Source: Bythopirellula sp. (lineage in GTDB: Bacteria; Planctomycetota; Planctomycetia; Pirellulales; Lacipirellulaceae). From it: a stretch of 64,000 nucleotides of DNA. Numbering within the stretch: the first letter of the stretch is position 1; each line of letters opens with the position of its first letter. The notes below the pieces were generated by a model. That model was not told where the DNA came from. It did no database searches and was given only the letters and a program-made list of their open reading frames with translations. The stretch is from NCBI GenBank assembly GCA_965216565.1, contig OZ244170.1, positions 2,944,001 to 3,008,000 of the forward strand, given 5' to 3'. The translations under genes and the position numbers were made by a program. Positions 21,509-32,200 of the stretch are shown piece by piece.

Positions 21509-21528
21509 CTAAATAGCCGGACCGCCAC

Positions 21529-21604
21529 GCGGTCCGCCGTGGTGAGCGGTCCGCCGTGGTGAGCGGTCCGCCGTGGTGAGCGGTCCGCCGTGGTGGGCGG
21601 CCCG
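21529..21604. repeat. 17-bp tandem repeat, 4 units plus a partial unit
   Basis: GCGGTCCGCCGTGGTGA x3 exact (21529-21579), fourth unit ends in G, then GCGGCCCG. Confidence 0.9.
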
Positions 21605-21612
21605 ACGCACTT

Positions 21613-21635
21613 CGGAGGCAAGTGTGCCTCCGGCT
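21613..21635. repeat. REP-like palindrome, family C
   Basis: CGGAGGCAAGTGTGCCTCCGGCT; related copies at 35705, 55594 and 63711. Confidence 0.75.
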
Positions 21636-21752
21636 AAGGAGTGAGCTTCGAGTATCGCCTCACATCCTCGCAATGGGTTGCGATTCCGCACTGGCTGATT
21701 CAAAATGACCTATCGATTCGCATTCCTTCTGTCTTCTGAAAGGTACACACCT

Positions 21753-22454
21753 GTGAACTCTCGACTGCGTATTGCCTTGGCCCTCGTTCTAACGCTTCTC
21801 TCAACTTCCCCTCTCTTCGCGGTCGAAAAAGATGCCTTCCGCAGCCTCTTCGATGGAGAATCGCTGGAGGGCTGGGTGCAACGCGGTGGCGAGGCGAAAT
21901 ACAAGGTAGAAGACGGAGCGATCGTCGGCACCTCGGTGAAAGGCACCCCCAACTCGTTTCTATGCACGAAGCGGGACTACGCAGACTTTATTCTCGAGGT
22001 GGAACTCAAGGTCGATAACGAATTGAACTCCGGAATTCAAATCCGTAGCCACATGCACGACAAAGAGACAAAATATAAAGAAAAGAAAATCCCGGCTGGT
22101 CGCGTGCATGGGTACCAAGTTGAAATCGACCCCAGCGATCGATCTTTCTCTGGTGGTATTTACGACGAAGCCCGACGGGGCTGGTTGTACGATCTCAAGG
22201 GAGACAAGCACCAAGCGGCCCGTGCGGCTTTTAGGCGAGACGCGTGGAACAAGTATCGCATCGAAGCGCGTGGCAATAATATCAAGACTTGGATCAATGG
22301 GGTGCCCGTCGCCGATTTGACTGACGATGTGGATGACAGTGGTTTCATTGCCCTGCAGGTACACAGCGTTGCTGACGAATTGGCCGGCAAGCAAGTTCGC
22401 TGGCGTAACATCCGCATCCGCGAACTTGAGGCTGCGTCCGGACGCAAGCCTTAG
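21753..22454 (+). CDS. DUF1080 (3-keto-disaccharide hydrolase-like) protein
   Basis: [50 protein letters not shown]. Confidence 0.9.
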   Translation: MNSRLRIALALVLTLLSTSPLFAVEKDAFRSLFDGESLEGWVQRGGEAKYKVEDGAIVGTSVKGTPNSFLCTKRDYADFILEVELKVDNELNSGIQIRSHMHDKETKYKEKKIPAGRVHGYQVEIDPSDRSFSGGIYDEARRGWLYDLKGDKHQAARAAFRRDAWNKYRIEARGNNIKTWINGVPVADLTDDVDDSGFIALQVHSVADELAGKQVRWRNIRIRELEAASGRKP

Positions 22455-23572
22455 ACTCGGCTAAGCTTGGTAACCCGCCCCGCGTGGACCCACTCGGCAA
22501 CGAAGATATTGCCTTCGGTGTCGAAACAGGCATCGTGCGGGTGGATGAACTTGCCATCTTGCCACTTCGATTCGTCTTCGCGAATCTGATAACGCTTTCC
22601 TTCTGCGTTTGCATCGGCCTGAATTCGCTGGCTATCGTCGCCAAGATGCGCGATCACATTATTCTCGCCATCCAGCAGCGTGACGCGGCCCACTAGATCG
22701 GGAACCAACATCACCTCACCAGAAACATCAATATTCGCCGGCAGTAAAAAGCCATCGAGTGTCTGCCGATGCTCCCCCGCCATGGTAAACCATTGCAACC
22801 GGGCATTCGCGCGATCGGCTACGACCACCAGCGGCTCTGATTTCTTGCGGTCGTCGATCCAAATTCCGTGCGGGAGGTTGAACTTTCCATCTTCATTTTC
22901 TTCGCTACTCGTGCTGCCAAACTTCTCAACCCAATTGGCATCTTTGTCGTATCGGTGAACGCAGAACGCACCGTATCCGTCTGCCAAGTAAAAACCGCCA
23001 TCAGGATGGAACGCAATGTTGGTGGGCATAAAACGATCGCGTCCCCACGGATTGTCGTCTCGTCCGCGAGGATACTTGTCTTCCCCATCCACATAGAGCC
23101 CCGTATGCATGGGAGCGCCCTTGCGCCACACCTGCTCGCCTTTTACGTTGAGCTTGGCGATCGATCTTTGCTGATGGTACAGACAGAGGTAGAGAAAGTC
23201 CTCTCCGTCTTCGTTACGAATTTCGATGCCGTGGCCGCCACCCTGGAATTCCTTGCCGAAGGAGCGGACATAGTTTCCGTCTGGGTCGAAGACGAAAATC
23301 GAGGGATGATCTTTCTGGTCGAAGCGGCCTTCGTGAATGACGTAGAGTAGGCCTTCGCTATCGAATGCAACGTTGTGTGTGGTTTGCCAAGTAAACTCCG
23401 CCGGCAGCTTCGGCCACCTGTGCTCGACTTGGTATTGGTGATCGCCCGTGCCGACGTGGGTGGCAGAATCTGTCTTGCTAGCGGTCGCAATCGCCGGGGC
23501 ACAAACTACGGACGCGGATACTGCTGCGGCTGACTTAACGAACTGACGACGCGTTTGAGACTTCTTGCTCAT
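22451..23572 (-). CDS. Tat-exported NHL-repeat beta-propeller protein
   Basis: TRRQFVK twin-Arg signal; [17 protein letters not shown] and [10 protein letters not shown] repeats. Confidence 0.85.
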   Translation of the reverse strand: MSKKSQTRRQFVKSAAAVSASVVCAPAIATASKTDSATHVGTGDHQYQVEHRWPKLPAEFTWQTTHNVAFDSEGLLYVIHEGRFDQKDHPSIFVFDPDGNYVRSFGKEFQGGGHGIEIRNEDGEDFLYLCLYHQQRSIAKLNVKGEQVWRKGAPMHTGLYVDGEDKYPRGRDDNPWGRDRFMPTNIAFHPDGGFYLADGYGAFCVHRYDKDANWVEKFGSTSSEENEDGKFNLPHGIWIDDRKKSEPLVVVADRANARLQWFTMAGEHRQTLDGFLLPANIDVSGEVMLVPDLVGRVTLLDGENNVIAHLGDDSQRIQADANAEGKRYQIREDESKWQDGKFIHPHDACFDTEGNIFVAEWVHAGRVTKLSRV

Positions 23573-23702
23573 AAGTGAAAGTCCACCCTGGGCCGATGAG
23601 TGAGGAGAGATTGAAAACGACCAGCACTGTGTATTGCTTTTTTACTATATCGTTTTTTCAATGGGCGCCGACCCTATAGAGGAATTCGATTGCTGTATCG
23701 AA

Positions 23703-26700
23703 TCAAGATTGGGCCAGCTTACCCGTGGCCGCCAGCCCCTGCTTCACCGATTCCAGCCATTCTTCGGTGGGAGCCTGATAGGGGCGGAATTTTACCTGGG
23801 TCCCTTGGTCGTCGCGATAGAGAATCGCGCGGTGCTCGCCTAAGCGGCCCGCAGCCGGCGAATCGATCAACGTCGTAGAATCAGCTGGGCTCATCTGCAG
23901 TGCTACGCGGAAGTCAATTTCGCGAAGCGTCAATCGATCGATACAGCGTGTGAGACTGTTATACGAGTCGGCCCACACGAACACATGAATCCCAACACCA
24001 GGACCCTCGCGCAGTAGTTCGCGAAACTGTTTGTCGAGCGCAGGGGTATCGCCATTGGTGCCTCTCTTGGAGAAACCGAAATCGTCTTCCTTCATTCGCA
24101 GATCTCGAAACTGAGCCAGATCATGCAGGATCAATACCTGCTTGGGTGCCACCTCATCGGGAGCCTCGGTTCGCTTTTTCAACTCAGCCGATAGCGAGCT
24201 AATTACATGCTTAGCATCTTGCGGACCGTTGACCTCGACACTAGCCCCTAGTGCCTCGGCAACCCGGGCCCAAGTTTTCAGATATTGCGATTCTGGTCGC
24301 GAACCATCGAGCACAGAAATCTGCGGCGAAGAACTCTGATGTTGGTCCTTTCGCTGAGCCACGAGAGCAGTCGCTGCTGTGCAGAATATCCCTAACACCA
24401 GGGCTTCGTCTTGCCCCACTACAAGCAGATTGTTCCCACCCTGGCGGCGTAGTACCAGGTTCGTCGGCGGACCGATTCGCACAGCCGAGCCCAGCCAGAT
24501 TGTTGGTTCGACAACTTCAGATGTATCCTGACTGGCAACCGCAGCCACAAGCGATCCGTTACCCTTCGGATCAGCAGGCACATTGCCTTCAAAAACAATG
24601 GCCGGTTCCTCTTTGTACCCCAGTTGCGGAAGCTGTTCGCGCAATCCAGCCAAATAAACTTGCCGTTGCTCATCGCTCAGCCAAACGACTTGGAACAAGC
24701 TATTACCTTCCACCATCCCATTTTGATCGTTGTAGATCGCTTCGCCGGGACGGCTAAGCAATCGAGCGGCGATATTGTCGTCGCTCAGAATCAGATGAGC
24801 GTCGGCCTCGCTGCATTGCAATGCGATCCGCACAGCCATTTGTCCTAATGTGCTGCGGGCCAGCGAATAAGCACCTGCAAGTGTTTGCGAACCCAAGATC
24901 ACGTGGATGCCAAAAGCTCGACCTTGCCGCACTAGCCGATCCAATAGTAAGGCAGAATCCTGGGCCAGCTTGTCGTCAACGACAAACAGTTCTTGAAATT
25001 CATCGATGATCAAGACAACACGCGGCATCGGCTCTGAGGAGGCTTTGCGCATACCCGCCAAATCCTGGACGCCGTGTTCGCGAAATATCTCGCCGCGGCG
25101 GCGCAGTTCGTCGTCGAGTCGCTCCAGAACGCTCACGCCAAATTCGCGCTCACTCTCCACGGCAATCACACGAGCATGGGGCAATTCGCCCGTAGCATAC
25201 GCCTTGAATTCAACACCCTTTTTGAAGTCGACGAGGTATAGTTCCAATTCCAAGGGGCTATAGTGCAACGCCGCGTTGGTAATGAAAGCATGCAAGAGCG
25301 TCGACTTACCAGAACCCGTTTTCCCAGAAATCAACAAGTGCTGAGAAGTACCACGACCGAGCCGCACCGTCTGTAGTTCATGGGCCCCTGCCCTACCAAT
25401 GGGCACCACCAGTTCGTGAGCTGTGCTACCAGACCAAATGTCTTCTTCTTTGGGTGCGACAACTTCAAATGGCACCTCCACCCGACTAGCCTCACGCGAT
25501 TCCTGCGCAACATGGTGCAATAGTTCGGTGAGCTTCTCCCTGGGTGGCAAAACATCGAGCTGAAGTGGCAGCTTTTCGTAGAGCGGGTAGTTCCAAACCA
25601 ATCGGTCGTTGGCATAGTGCAGGTGGACCGAATCTTGCAGCAGATCCTCTGCCTGGAAATCGCCAGGAAGCTTAGCCCCAGAATCGATGCTCATCAGCGT
25701 GTACACCCCACACCGAGGCCCCGTCTTTGCGATCGTCTTGATCTTTCGCAAGGCCGAATCGCTGAGCCCCGCTGGGAAGTTGGCCACCACCAACACATGG
25801 TAGGGCTCCGCCACTTCGCCAGCCTGCTCGTTGTAGGCTTCCAGTGATTCGAATTCATTCCGCAAATACTTCTGCAATACCTTTTCCAAGTGGTCCGACA
25901 ACACGCCGAGACGCTCGTCAATTTGACGCGAGTCGGTCAGAATTCGACCACCGACGAGTTGTTCGTCAAAATCAGCAAGATGCATAAACGTGGCGAAGTT
26001 CTCGCCTAGGGCAGAAGGATCGATAATGGTGAATCGTAAACGTCCCGCTGGAATCGTGGTGAGGAAGCGTAACATCATCGACTGCAACACACCGACTGCC
26101 GCGGTGCGACCTGCTCCCGCAGTAGTGATCACCATGGAAGGATGCTCACTGAAATTCATCAGGGCGGGAAACTTCAGCTCTGTCTGCTGAGGCACCAGGC
26201 GAGTATCTTCCGACAGTCCCTGTTTGACGGCTGAAAGTGGTAAGCTGTAACTACCAAACTGCATGGCGGGCGGTTTCTGTGTGGGCCTCGTCCAATCGTG
26301 CCACTCGGTGGTTTGCCAGTTGGGGAATAGTTGATTGCAAGACTCTTCGATCTCGCTAAGCTCTGCGACCACCCGATTGAAACCCTCGTGCCAGGTGTCG
26401 GCCATCGATTGCCAGCCGGATTCGTAGCTTTTCTGGGCTTGGGTGATTCTGGCTTGATAGTCGGCTTCGATTTTCTCCAAACCCGTTTTGCATTTGGCTG
26501 CTAAGTTATCCAACTGCGGTGGGTACTTTTCGTCGGCCTCATGCTGAGCGGATGTGCTCTCTTGCTCAGCCTTGTCGATCGTCTCTTGTTTCTCGCGCTC
26601 CGCCAATTCGAGATGCATTTTGGTTTGTTCTTCGAGTGCAGACAAATCGCTCAGGCGTTGTTGTTCGGCCGCCTCCACCTCTTGATCTCTCTGAGCAACC

Positions 26701-27659
26701 AACGCTTCCGATTCCTCATCGCAATGCGTTTGAGCAATGTCCTGGGCAGTTGCCTCCCATTCGTTCGCACGTTCCAGCAATACTCGAATTAGGCCGTACT
26801 GTTCGAGCGATTCCCTTCGCACCCGATCCATGAATAGCCAATACCCAACCGCCGTGAGTGCCCCTCCTGCAGCGATAACCACTAGTGGAGCCCACCAAGT
26901 CAGCCCTAACAAAGGAAGACCTATGATGCCGCAGAGTATGGCCGCCCCCAGCCACCAGAGCGCCCAACGAGAACTTTCGAGCATCAAAGATGGCAAGAGC
27001 TGTGCTTGCATCTCGAGCACTCCGCGATGGGCCTGATCGATGGCTGAGTGAAGTCGGCTCTCGGCGGGCACTTCAGATGTGAGCTGCTCAGAACCCTCCA
27101 CTTCAGAGGGCAATACGGGGTCGAACTCGAACGACTCAGCCAAGTTGCTAAGCTTTCGCATTGCCAGCAAGGTGTCGGCATCGCGAAGTAGTCCCTCAAT
27201 GCGAGAATGGTGGGCGTTTAACCGTTGCCGCGTTTCGTGAAGAGCCATTCCCGGCAAGTCTTTCCCCGCATCATAAACGGCCAGCGCCTGCCATTCACTC
27301 TCCTTCTTACGCCGATCAATTTCCAGAGTTTTTTTCTTCTGAGCTGTTTCGAGGTTGCGGCGTTGTTCGTCGTAAGCCAGTTCCGCCTCGTTCAAGGTCT
27401 TCCGCAACTTGTCCTGAGCCTGCAACTTCGACTGACTATAGAGATTCTCCAATTCACGTCGCCACAATGAATTCTCCTTCACAAACTCATCGACTGAGGT
27501 TTGGCGCTCTTGGTCTGCTTGGGACAGCTCGCGTTCTAGAGATTCCGCCAGATCCTTTTCTCTCGCGGCGCGAGTATCGGCCAGCTGCTGCAATTGCTGC
27601 ATCAGTTCTAGCTGTCGTCGTGTCGATAGTTTTGGGGAATCGGTCAACGGAGATCTCAA
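23703..27659 (-). CDS. EccC/EssC-like FtsK/SpoIIIE ATPase with coiled coils and 2 TM helices (start uncertain)
   Basis: Intact GKTGSGKS / VDFKKG / LIIDEFQE / RQGRAFGIH domain flanked by two degenerate FtsK-like domains; downstream of WXG100-like genes. Confidence 0.85.
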   Translation of the reverse strand: MRSPLTDSPKLSTRRQLELMQQLQQLADTRAAREKDLAESLERELSQADQERQTSVDEFVKENSLWRRELENLYSQSKLQAQDKLRKTLNEAELAYDEQRRNLETAQKKKTLEIDRRKKESEWQALAVYDAGKDLPGMALHETRQRLNAHHSRIEGLLRDADTLLAMRKLSNLAESFEFDPVLPSEVEGSEQLTSEVPAESRLHSAIDQAHRGVLEMQAQLLPSLMLESSRWALWWLGAAILCGIIGLPLLGLTWWAPLVVIAAGGALTAVGYWLFMDRVRRESLEQYGLIRVLLERANEWEATAQDIAQTHCDEESEALVAQRDQEVEAAEQQRLSDLSALEEQTKMHLELAEREKQETIDKAEQESTSAQHEADEKYPPQLDNLAAKCKTGLEKIEADYQARITQAQKSYESGWQSMADTWHEGFNRVVAELSEIEESCNQLFPNWQTTEWHDWTRPTQKPPAMQFGSYSLPLSAVKQGLSEDTRLVPQQTELKFPALMNFSEHPSMVITTAGAGRTAAVGVLQSMMLRFLTTIPAGRLRFTIIDPSALGENFATFMHLADFDEQLVGGRILTDSRQIDERLGVLSDHLEKVLQKYLRNEFESLEAYNEQAGEVAEPYHVLVVANFPAGLSDSALRKIKTIAKTGPRCGVYTLMSIDSGAKLPGDFQAEDLLQDSVHLHYANDRLVWNYPLYEKLPLQLDVLPPREKLTELLHHVAQESREASRVEVPFEVVAPKEEDIWSGSTAHELVVPIGRAGAHELQTVRLGRGTSQHLLISGKTGSGKSTLLHAFITNAALHYSPLELELYLVDFKKGVEFKAYATGELPHARVIAVESEREFGVSVLERLDDELRRRGEIFREHGVQDLAGMRKASSEPMPRVVLIIDEFQELFVVDDKLAQDSALLLDRLVRQGRAFGIHVILGSQTLAGAYSLARSTLGQMAVRIALQCSEADAHLILSDDNIAARLLSRPGEAIYNDQNGMVEGNSLFQVVWLSDEQRQVYLAGLREQLPQLGYKEEPAIVFEGNVPADPKGNGSLVAAVASQDTSEVVEPTIWLGSAVRIGPPTNLVLRRQGGNNLLVVGQDEALVLGIFCTAATALVAQRKDQHQSSSPQISVLDGSRPESQYLKTWARVAEALGASVEVNGPQDAKHVISSLSAELKKRTEAPDEVAPKQVLILHDLAQFRDLRMKEDDFGFSKRGTNGDTPALDKQFRELLREGPGVGIHVFVWADSYNSLTRCIDRLTLREIDFRVALQMSPADSTTLIDSPAAGRLGEHRAILYRDDQGTQVKFRPYQAPTEEWLESVKQGLAATGKLAQS

Positions 27660-27667
27660 GAAAACAA

Positions 27668-27892
27668 TTAACTTTCACAGTCGCGGTAAACGTGATCCAG
27701 CAATTGTTGCATACGGGCAACCGCCTCCTGCGTCTTCTTAATTGCCGGTCCCATGGGTTCTAAATAGGTTTCGCAAAAACTTTGGCTCACAGAATCTTCC
27801 CAATGATCGCCCGTATCGCGCCAAGCCATTTGCAACTCTTCCAGCGCATCGCGTAGTTGAGCGCTGCTAGTTTCCAGGTCCCATTTTCTCAT
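27668..27892 (-). CDS. Small WXG100-like helical-hairpin protein
   Basis: 74 aa; central W-E-D; C-terminal YRDCE (YxxxE). Confidence 0.65.
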   Translation of the reverse strand: MRKWDLETSSAQLRDALEELQMAWRDTGDHWEDSVSQSFCETYLEPMGPAIKKTQEAVARMQQLLDHVYRDCES

Positions 27893-28116
27893 TTCGTAAT
27901 TCCAACAAAATTAACTAGCAGCCCACAGCGATTCGGCATGTGTCACGATGTTCAGACTTTCTTCGTGCAACTCCTTCGCCTCGATGGAGAGAGAGCTGCG
28001 AGTGTTCGCACTCACACAAGTTTCTTATATCAATTGGGGCTAATCTTTCTGTTTCTCTGGCAAATTTCTGGCATCACCACTCTCGCTAGCAGAATTAGCC
28101 GCAGGACGGTTGTCTG

Positions 28117-28605
28117 CTAGGGGCGGTTTTCAATTTTATAGTTGTCGAGCGCGCGAACAATCTTCTTCAGTCGACCTTTTGCTTGTGGCATTTCTTCCTC
28201 GAGAAGTTGCCTCAACACGGAGAGGCGACCTTCGAACTCGAATAGTTCGTGACTCAATTCTCGCCGCCAACGTTTCACCAACTCAGTCTTGTCTTCGCAA
28301 TAACCGAGACGCGTCTGCGCTTTTTTCAATAGCTCGCGCTCTTCACGGCAGGAGGGGCGTTCATCGACCACCGGATACATGAGACACCGATTCAGATCGA
28401 CTTTCGCCTGATGCACTTGCTCAGAAGCCAAGCGAACTTGTTCTTTCCAGTGCGGAGGCCGATCTGAGCGCAACCAATCGTCAGCCTTGCGAACTTCGCC
28501 AGCAAGTGTCTCCAGAGCATCTTTGGCTCGCTGCTCGAAACGCGCGATTGCCACCTGGAAAGACTCTATCGCATCGATTGATCTGACTTGAGCCGATTCA
28601 CTCAT
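28117..28605 (-). CDS. Helical hypothetical protein in the WXG100 operon
   Basis: 162-aa amphipathic helical ORF between the two WXG-like genes. Confidence 0.75.
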   Translation of the reverse strand: MSESAQVRSIDAIESFQVAIARFEQRAKDALETLAGEVRKADDWLRSDRPPHWKEQVRLASEQVHQAKVDLNRCLMYPVVDERPSCREERELLKKAQTRLGYCEDKTELVKRWRRELSHELFEFEGRLSVLRQLLEEEMPQAKGRLKKIVRALDNYKIENRP

Positions 28606-28656
28606 GCGATGATGTCCACGTAAGGAAGAAATTCTCTGTTTGCTGACTGCGACCAA

Positions 28657-28929
28657 TCACTTCTGCTGCAAGTACTCTTCAATCCGCTCTGCTTTGCGGA
28701 GCAAGAATGGCCCGTACTCTTTCGATTCCTCCATCGATCGGGCGATTAGCTTGAGGTGGTGCTCAAACTGTTCGACAAATTTTGCGTGCTCTTGATCGCG
28801 CCACGTTCCATTTAGATTATGCATCTGATTGGCCAGCGTGGACAAACGCTCTTCCAACTCGCTATTGAATGTGCTTAGCTGATGCGCAAATCGCCTGAGT
28901 TCAGCAGGATCGACTACTGCTTGTGACAT
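28657..28929 (-). CDS. WXG100 family type VII secretion target
   Basis: 90 aa; VDPAELRRFA N-terminus; central W-R-D; GAGG RBS. Confidence 0.85.
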   Translation of the reverse strand: MSQAVVDPAELRRFAHQLSTFNSELEERLSTLANQMHNLNGTWRDQEHAKFVEQFEHHLKLIARSMEESKEYGPFLLRKAERIEEYLQQK

Positions 28930-29224
28930 AACGTGCCTCTCGAGTCTTCTCCGTCATATTTAGCGCATTGCAGCGCCCGGAAAGTAATGTTCGAACTGTT
29001 CCCCAGCAATCGGCCTGATTCTCTTGGCCAAGCCGCTTCGCCACTCGAAATGAATCGCGGTCCCTGGAAGTGATAAGTAGGTAAAAGCGGCCCATGGCGT
29101 GCAAATCACCTATAATTCTATAGTATCTACGCTAGGGGGAAGCGTAAAGCAAACGCCGTAGAATACCCCCGGTTGCTCCTACTCTAGCGATTATACCTGC
29201 TGGCTTGCGAGCCTTTGCCCGACT

Positions 29225-32200
29225 CTACAGCGTTTCGCTCATTGAGCTCGATCGCAGATGCGGTGTCGATACTTTGCCGTTCTTCCATTCTTGATCGATG
29301 CGTGTCATCTCTTCGGCAACCGCTTCCACGGTTCGCTTAATCTGCTCTTCAGTATGCGTGCTGGTGATGAAGAACCGCAATCGTGCTGCGCTCTCCTCAA
29401 CAGCTGGGTACAAGATCGGCTGAACATTGATGCCACGTTCAAACAACGCGTGCGACAGCTTGACCGCGTTCGCTGAGTTGCCAGTGATCACCGGTACCAC
29501 GGGCGTGTTGTTACTTAACCCCGTGTTGAGCCCAGCTTGCTTGGCCAAGTTCAGGAACAATCGCGAATTCTCTGAAAGCTTCGCCACCCGATCTGGCTCT
29601 TCTTGCAGCAGCCGGATCGCGGCCAATGCGGCTGCGGTATTTGGCGGACTCAAACCAACGCTATACACAAAGCCCGGTGCGGTAAATTTCAAATACTCCA
29701 CAAGTGCATTGCTGCCGGCGATGTATCCGCCGCAACTGCCAAACGACTTGCTGAGCGTCCCCATCCAAATGTCGACGTCGCTGGGGTTCATGTCGAAGTG
29801 TTCGCTCATTCCGCGACCATGCAAGCCCATGGTCCCGATGGAGTGAGCTTCGTCGACCATCAAGAATGTCTTATGCTTTTTCTTGATTTCAACGAACTTG
29901 GGCAACTTCGGATAGTCGCCGTCCATGCTGTATACACCCTCGACCACAATGAGTACACGACGGTACTCGTGCCGAACGTCTTCGAGAATCCGATTACAAT
30001 CTTGCCAATCGTTATGAGGGAATGGACGCCGCCGTGCGCCAGAGAGCATGGCACCTTGGACAATGCTGTTGTGCGATAGTGCGTCGTGCAGAATCAGGTC
30101 GCCGGCACCAAACAGGTGACCGATAGTCGTTTCGTTGGTGGAATGGCCGCCCACGAAAACAACCGACGACTCGGTGCCAATGAAATCGGCTATTGCGCGT
30201 TCTAGCTCAAGATGAATAGTCTTCTGTCCCGAAACCACTCGGCTGGCAGAAACACTGGTGCCGTACTTGCCCACAGCCTGCTGGGCAGCTTCGATAACTG
30301 CCGGATCGCCGGACATGCCCAGATAGTTGTAGCTGCAGAAATTAATGTATTCCTTGCCGTCAATCGAAGTACGATCGTTGGTGATGCCTTGATGGACGTT
30401 GAAAAAGGGATTCGGCAAGCCTGTGGCTTCCACAGATCTCAGATTGTCTTGTAGACGACAATACTCGGCCCCCTTCTCGAATACATAGTCCTCTTCGGGA
30501 ACGATGCAGCTCGCGGGGCGGGGCGGCTTGCCCTTAATCTCGCCACCCATATGCTCTTCGATGGCTTCCACCACTTCGCCGCAGGTCTCCATGATGGGCA
30601 GGACCTGTTCGGGGAAACGTCCCCCAAAGGTTTCTTCGAGCGCCGCGATGATCTCAACTCTCTCTAACGAATCAAGGCCCAACTCGACAATATTGGTATC
30701 CCAATTCAACTCACCAACCCGTTCACGCCCGATTTCGCGAACCTTCTCGTAAACGATCTCCGCAATTTCCAGCGAACGACCGCTTCGGTGCGACGTGGGT
30801 TGTGGTGCTGACTGAGCCGACTCGACGGAGGCGGGGATCGTGCCGTTAACTTCTTCCAGCTCGGTGAGAGATTCAATGTCTGTGTCATCAACCTCTGCAA
30901 CATCGCCTTCTTCGACCCAGGTAATTTCATCTGCCGAGGCTCGTTGACGGCGAACAGAGGGAGTAATTTCCACCTCACCCGTCTCCAGCGACCAGCTTGC
31001 CAATACCGATAGTGTGCCGGCCAAGTAGCAATCGCGGGCGGCATGACGTTGGATTTTGCCGCTAGACGTTTTGGGGATGCTGCGTGCTTTGATTAGCACC
31101 ACGCCAGCAACCGATATCTCGTGCACGATGGCAACCTTCTTGCGAATTGCCTCGATAATGGATGCGTAGTCTAAATGGCGCTGTCGAATCGTCTCCTGAA
31201 TAATAACAAGCCGTTCCTGCCCCTCTTCGCCAACCACCACTGCGGCGCCGGCGCCAGACTCCACGTGTTCGTGGGCATCTTGGACAGTGTGCTCGATATC
31301 CTGAGGGTAGTGATTCACTCCACGAAGGATGATCAAGTCTTTCAAACGTCCGGTTACGAAAAGCTCGCCGTCGGATAAGAACCCAAGATCGCCCGTTCGC
31401 AAGAAAGGCCCCCGACCATCGCTCAACCGCGCCTGGAATGTTTCCTGCGTGAGTTCTGGTCGTTTCCAATAACCACGGGCCACGCTAGGGCCAGCCACCC
31501 AAATTTCGCCTACCTGATTTTCACCCAGGTGCTGACACGAGTCTGGATTGGCAATCACAATCTGCTGATCGAGTAGATTGCCGCCACTACCGACGAGACT
31601 GCGGTAGTTCTCCTCATCGGGCCCCGCCTCGACGATTTCGTTTTTCTCTAGGGCTTCGGTGGTCACCTTCTTGATCGTGGGTTCGGCCTGCTTAAAGCCC
31701 CCCGTCACAATGAGTGTGGCTTCCGCTAATCCATAACAGGGATAGAACGCTTCTTTGCGGAACCCGCACTCGGCAAACGCTTCGCTAAAACGTTGCATCG
31801 TGTCGGCACGCACAGGTTCTGCCCCATTGAAGGCCAGCGACCAGCGGCTGAGGTCCAAGGTCTTCTTTTGTTCTGCCGTGACTTTGTCGACGCACAGATC
31901 GTATGCAAAGTTGGGACCACCACTAATTGTTGATCCGCTTTGAGTGAGCATTTGCAGCCAACGCACAGGTTTCTGCAGAAAGTGGGTGGGGGAGAAAAGC
32001 GTATTCGGCCGACCCATGTACAGTGGCTGCAGGATTCCTCCGATAAGCCCCATGTCGTGGTACAACGGCAACCAAAAACAACCGGTACCCGAACGCGTAT
32101 GCTCAAATGCATAGGAGATCATCGCCGAGTTGTGCATCAGATTCGCATGCGACAGCATCACTCCCTTGGGAGTCCCCGTCGAACCCGAGGTGTATTGCAA

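Noticed and set aside
21529..21604. Tandem repeats as a CRISPR array
   Set aside because: Units are contiguous 17-mers with no spacers, and no cas genes are present
23703..27659. Cell-division FtsK or conjugative coupling protein
   Set aside because: No gamma domain, relaxase or T4SS genes are seen; tandem FtsK-like domains next to WXG100 genes fit EccC/EssC better
27893..28116. Hidden toxin or immunity gene inside the WXG100 operon
   Set aside because: No minus-strand ORF of 60 aa or more; the 87-aa plus-strand ORF is antisense and has no recognisable features
29225..30450. bioF biotin gene
   Set aside because: Fused to FAAL-ACP with no bio genes nearby; the family is shared but the function is not supported
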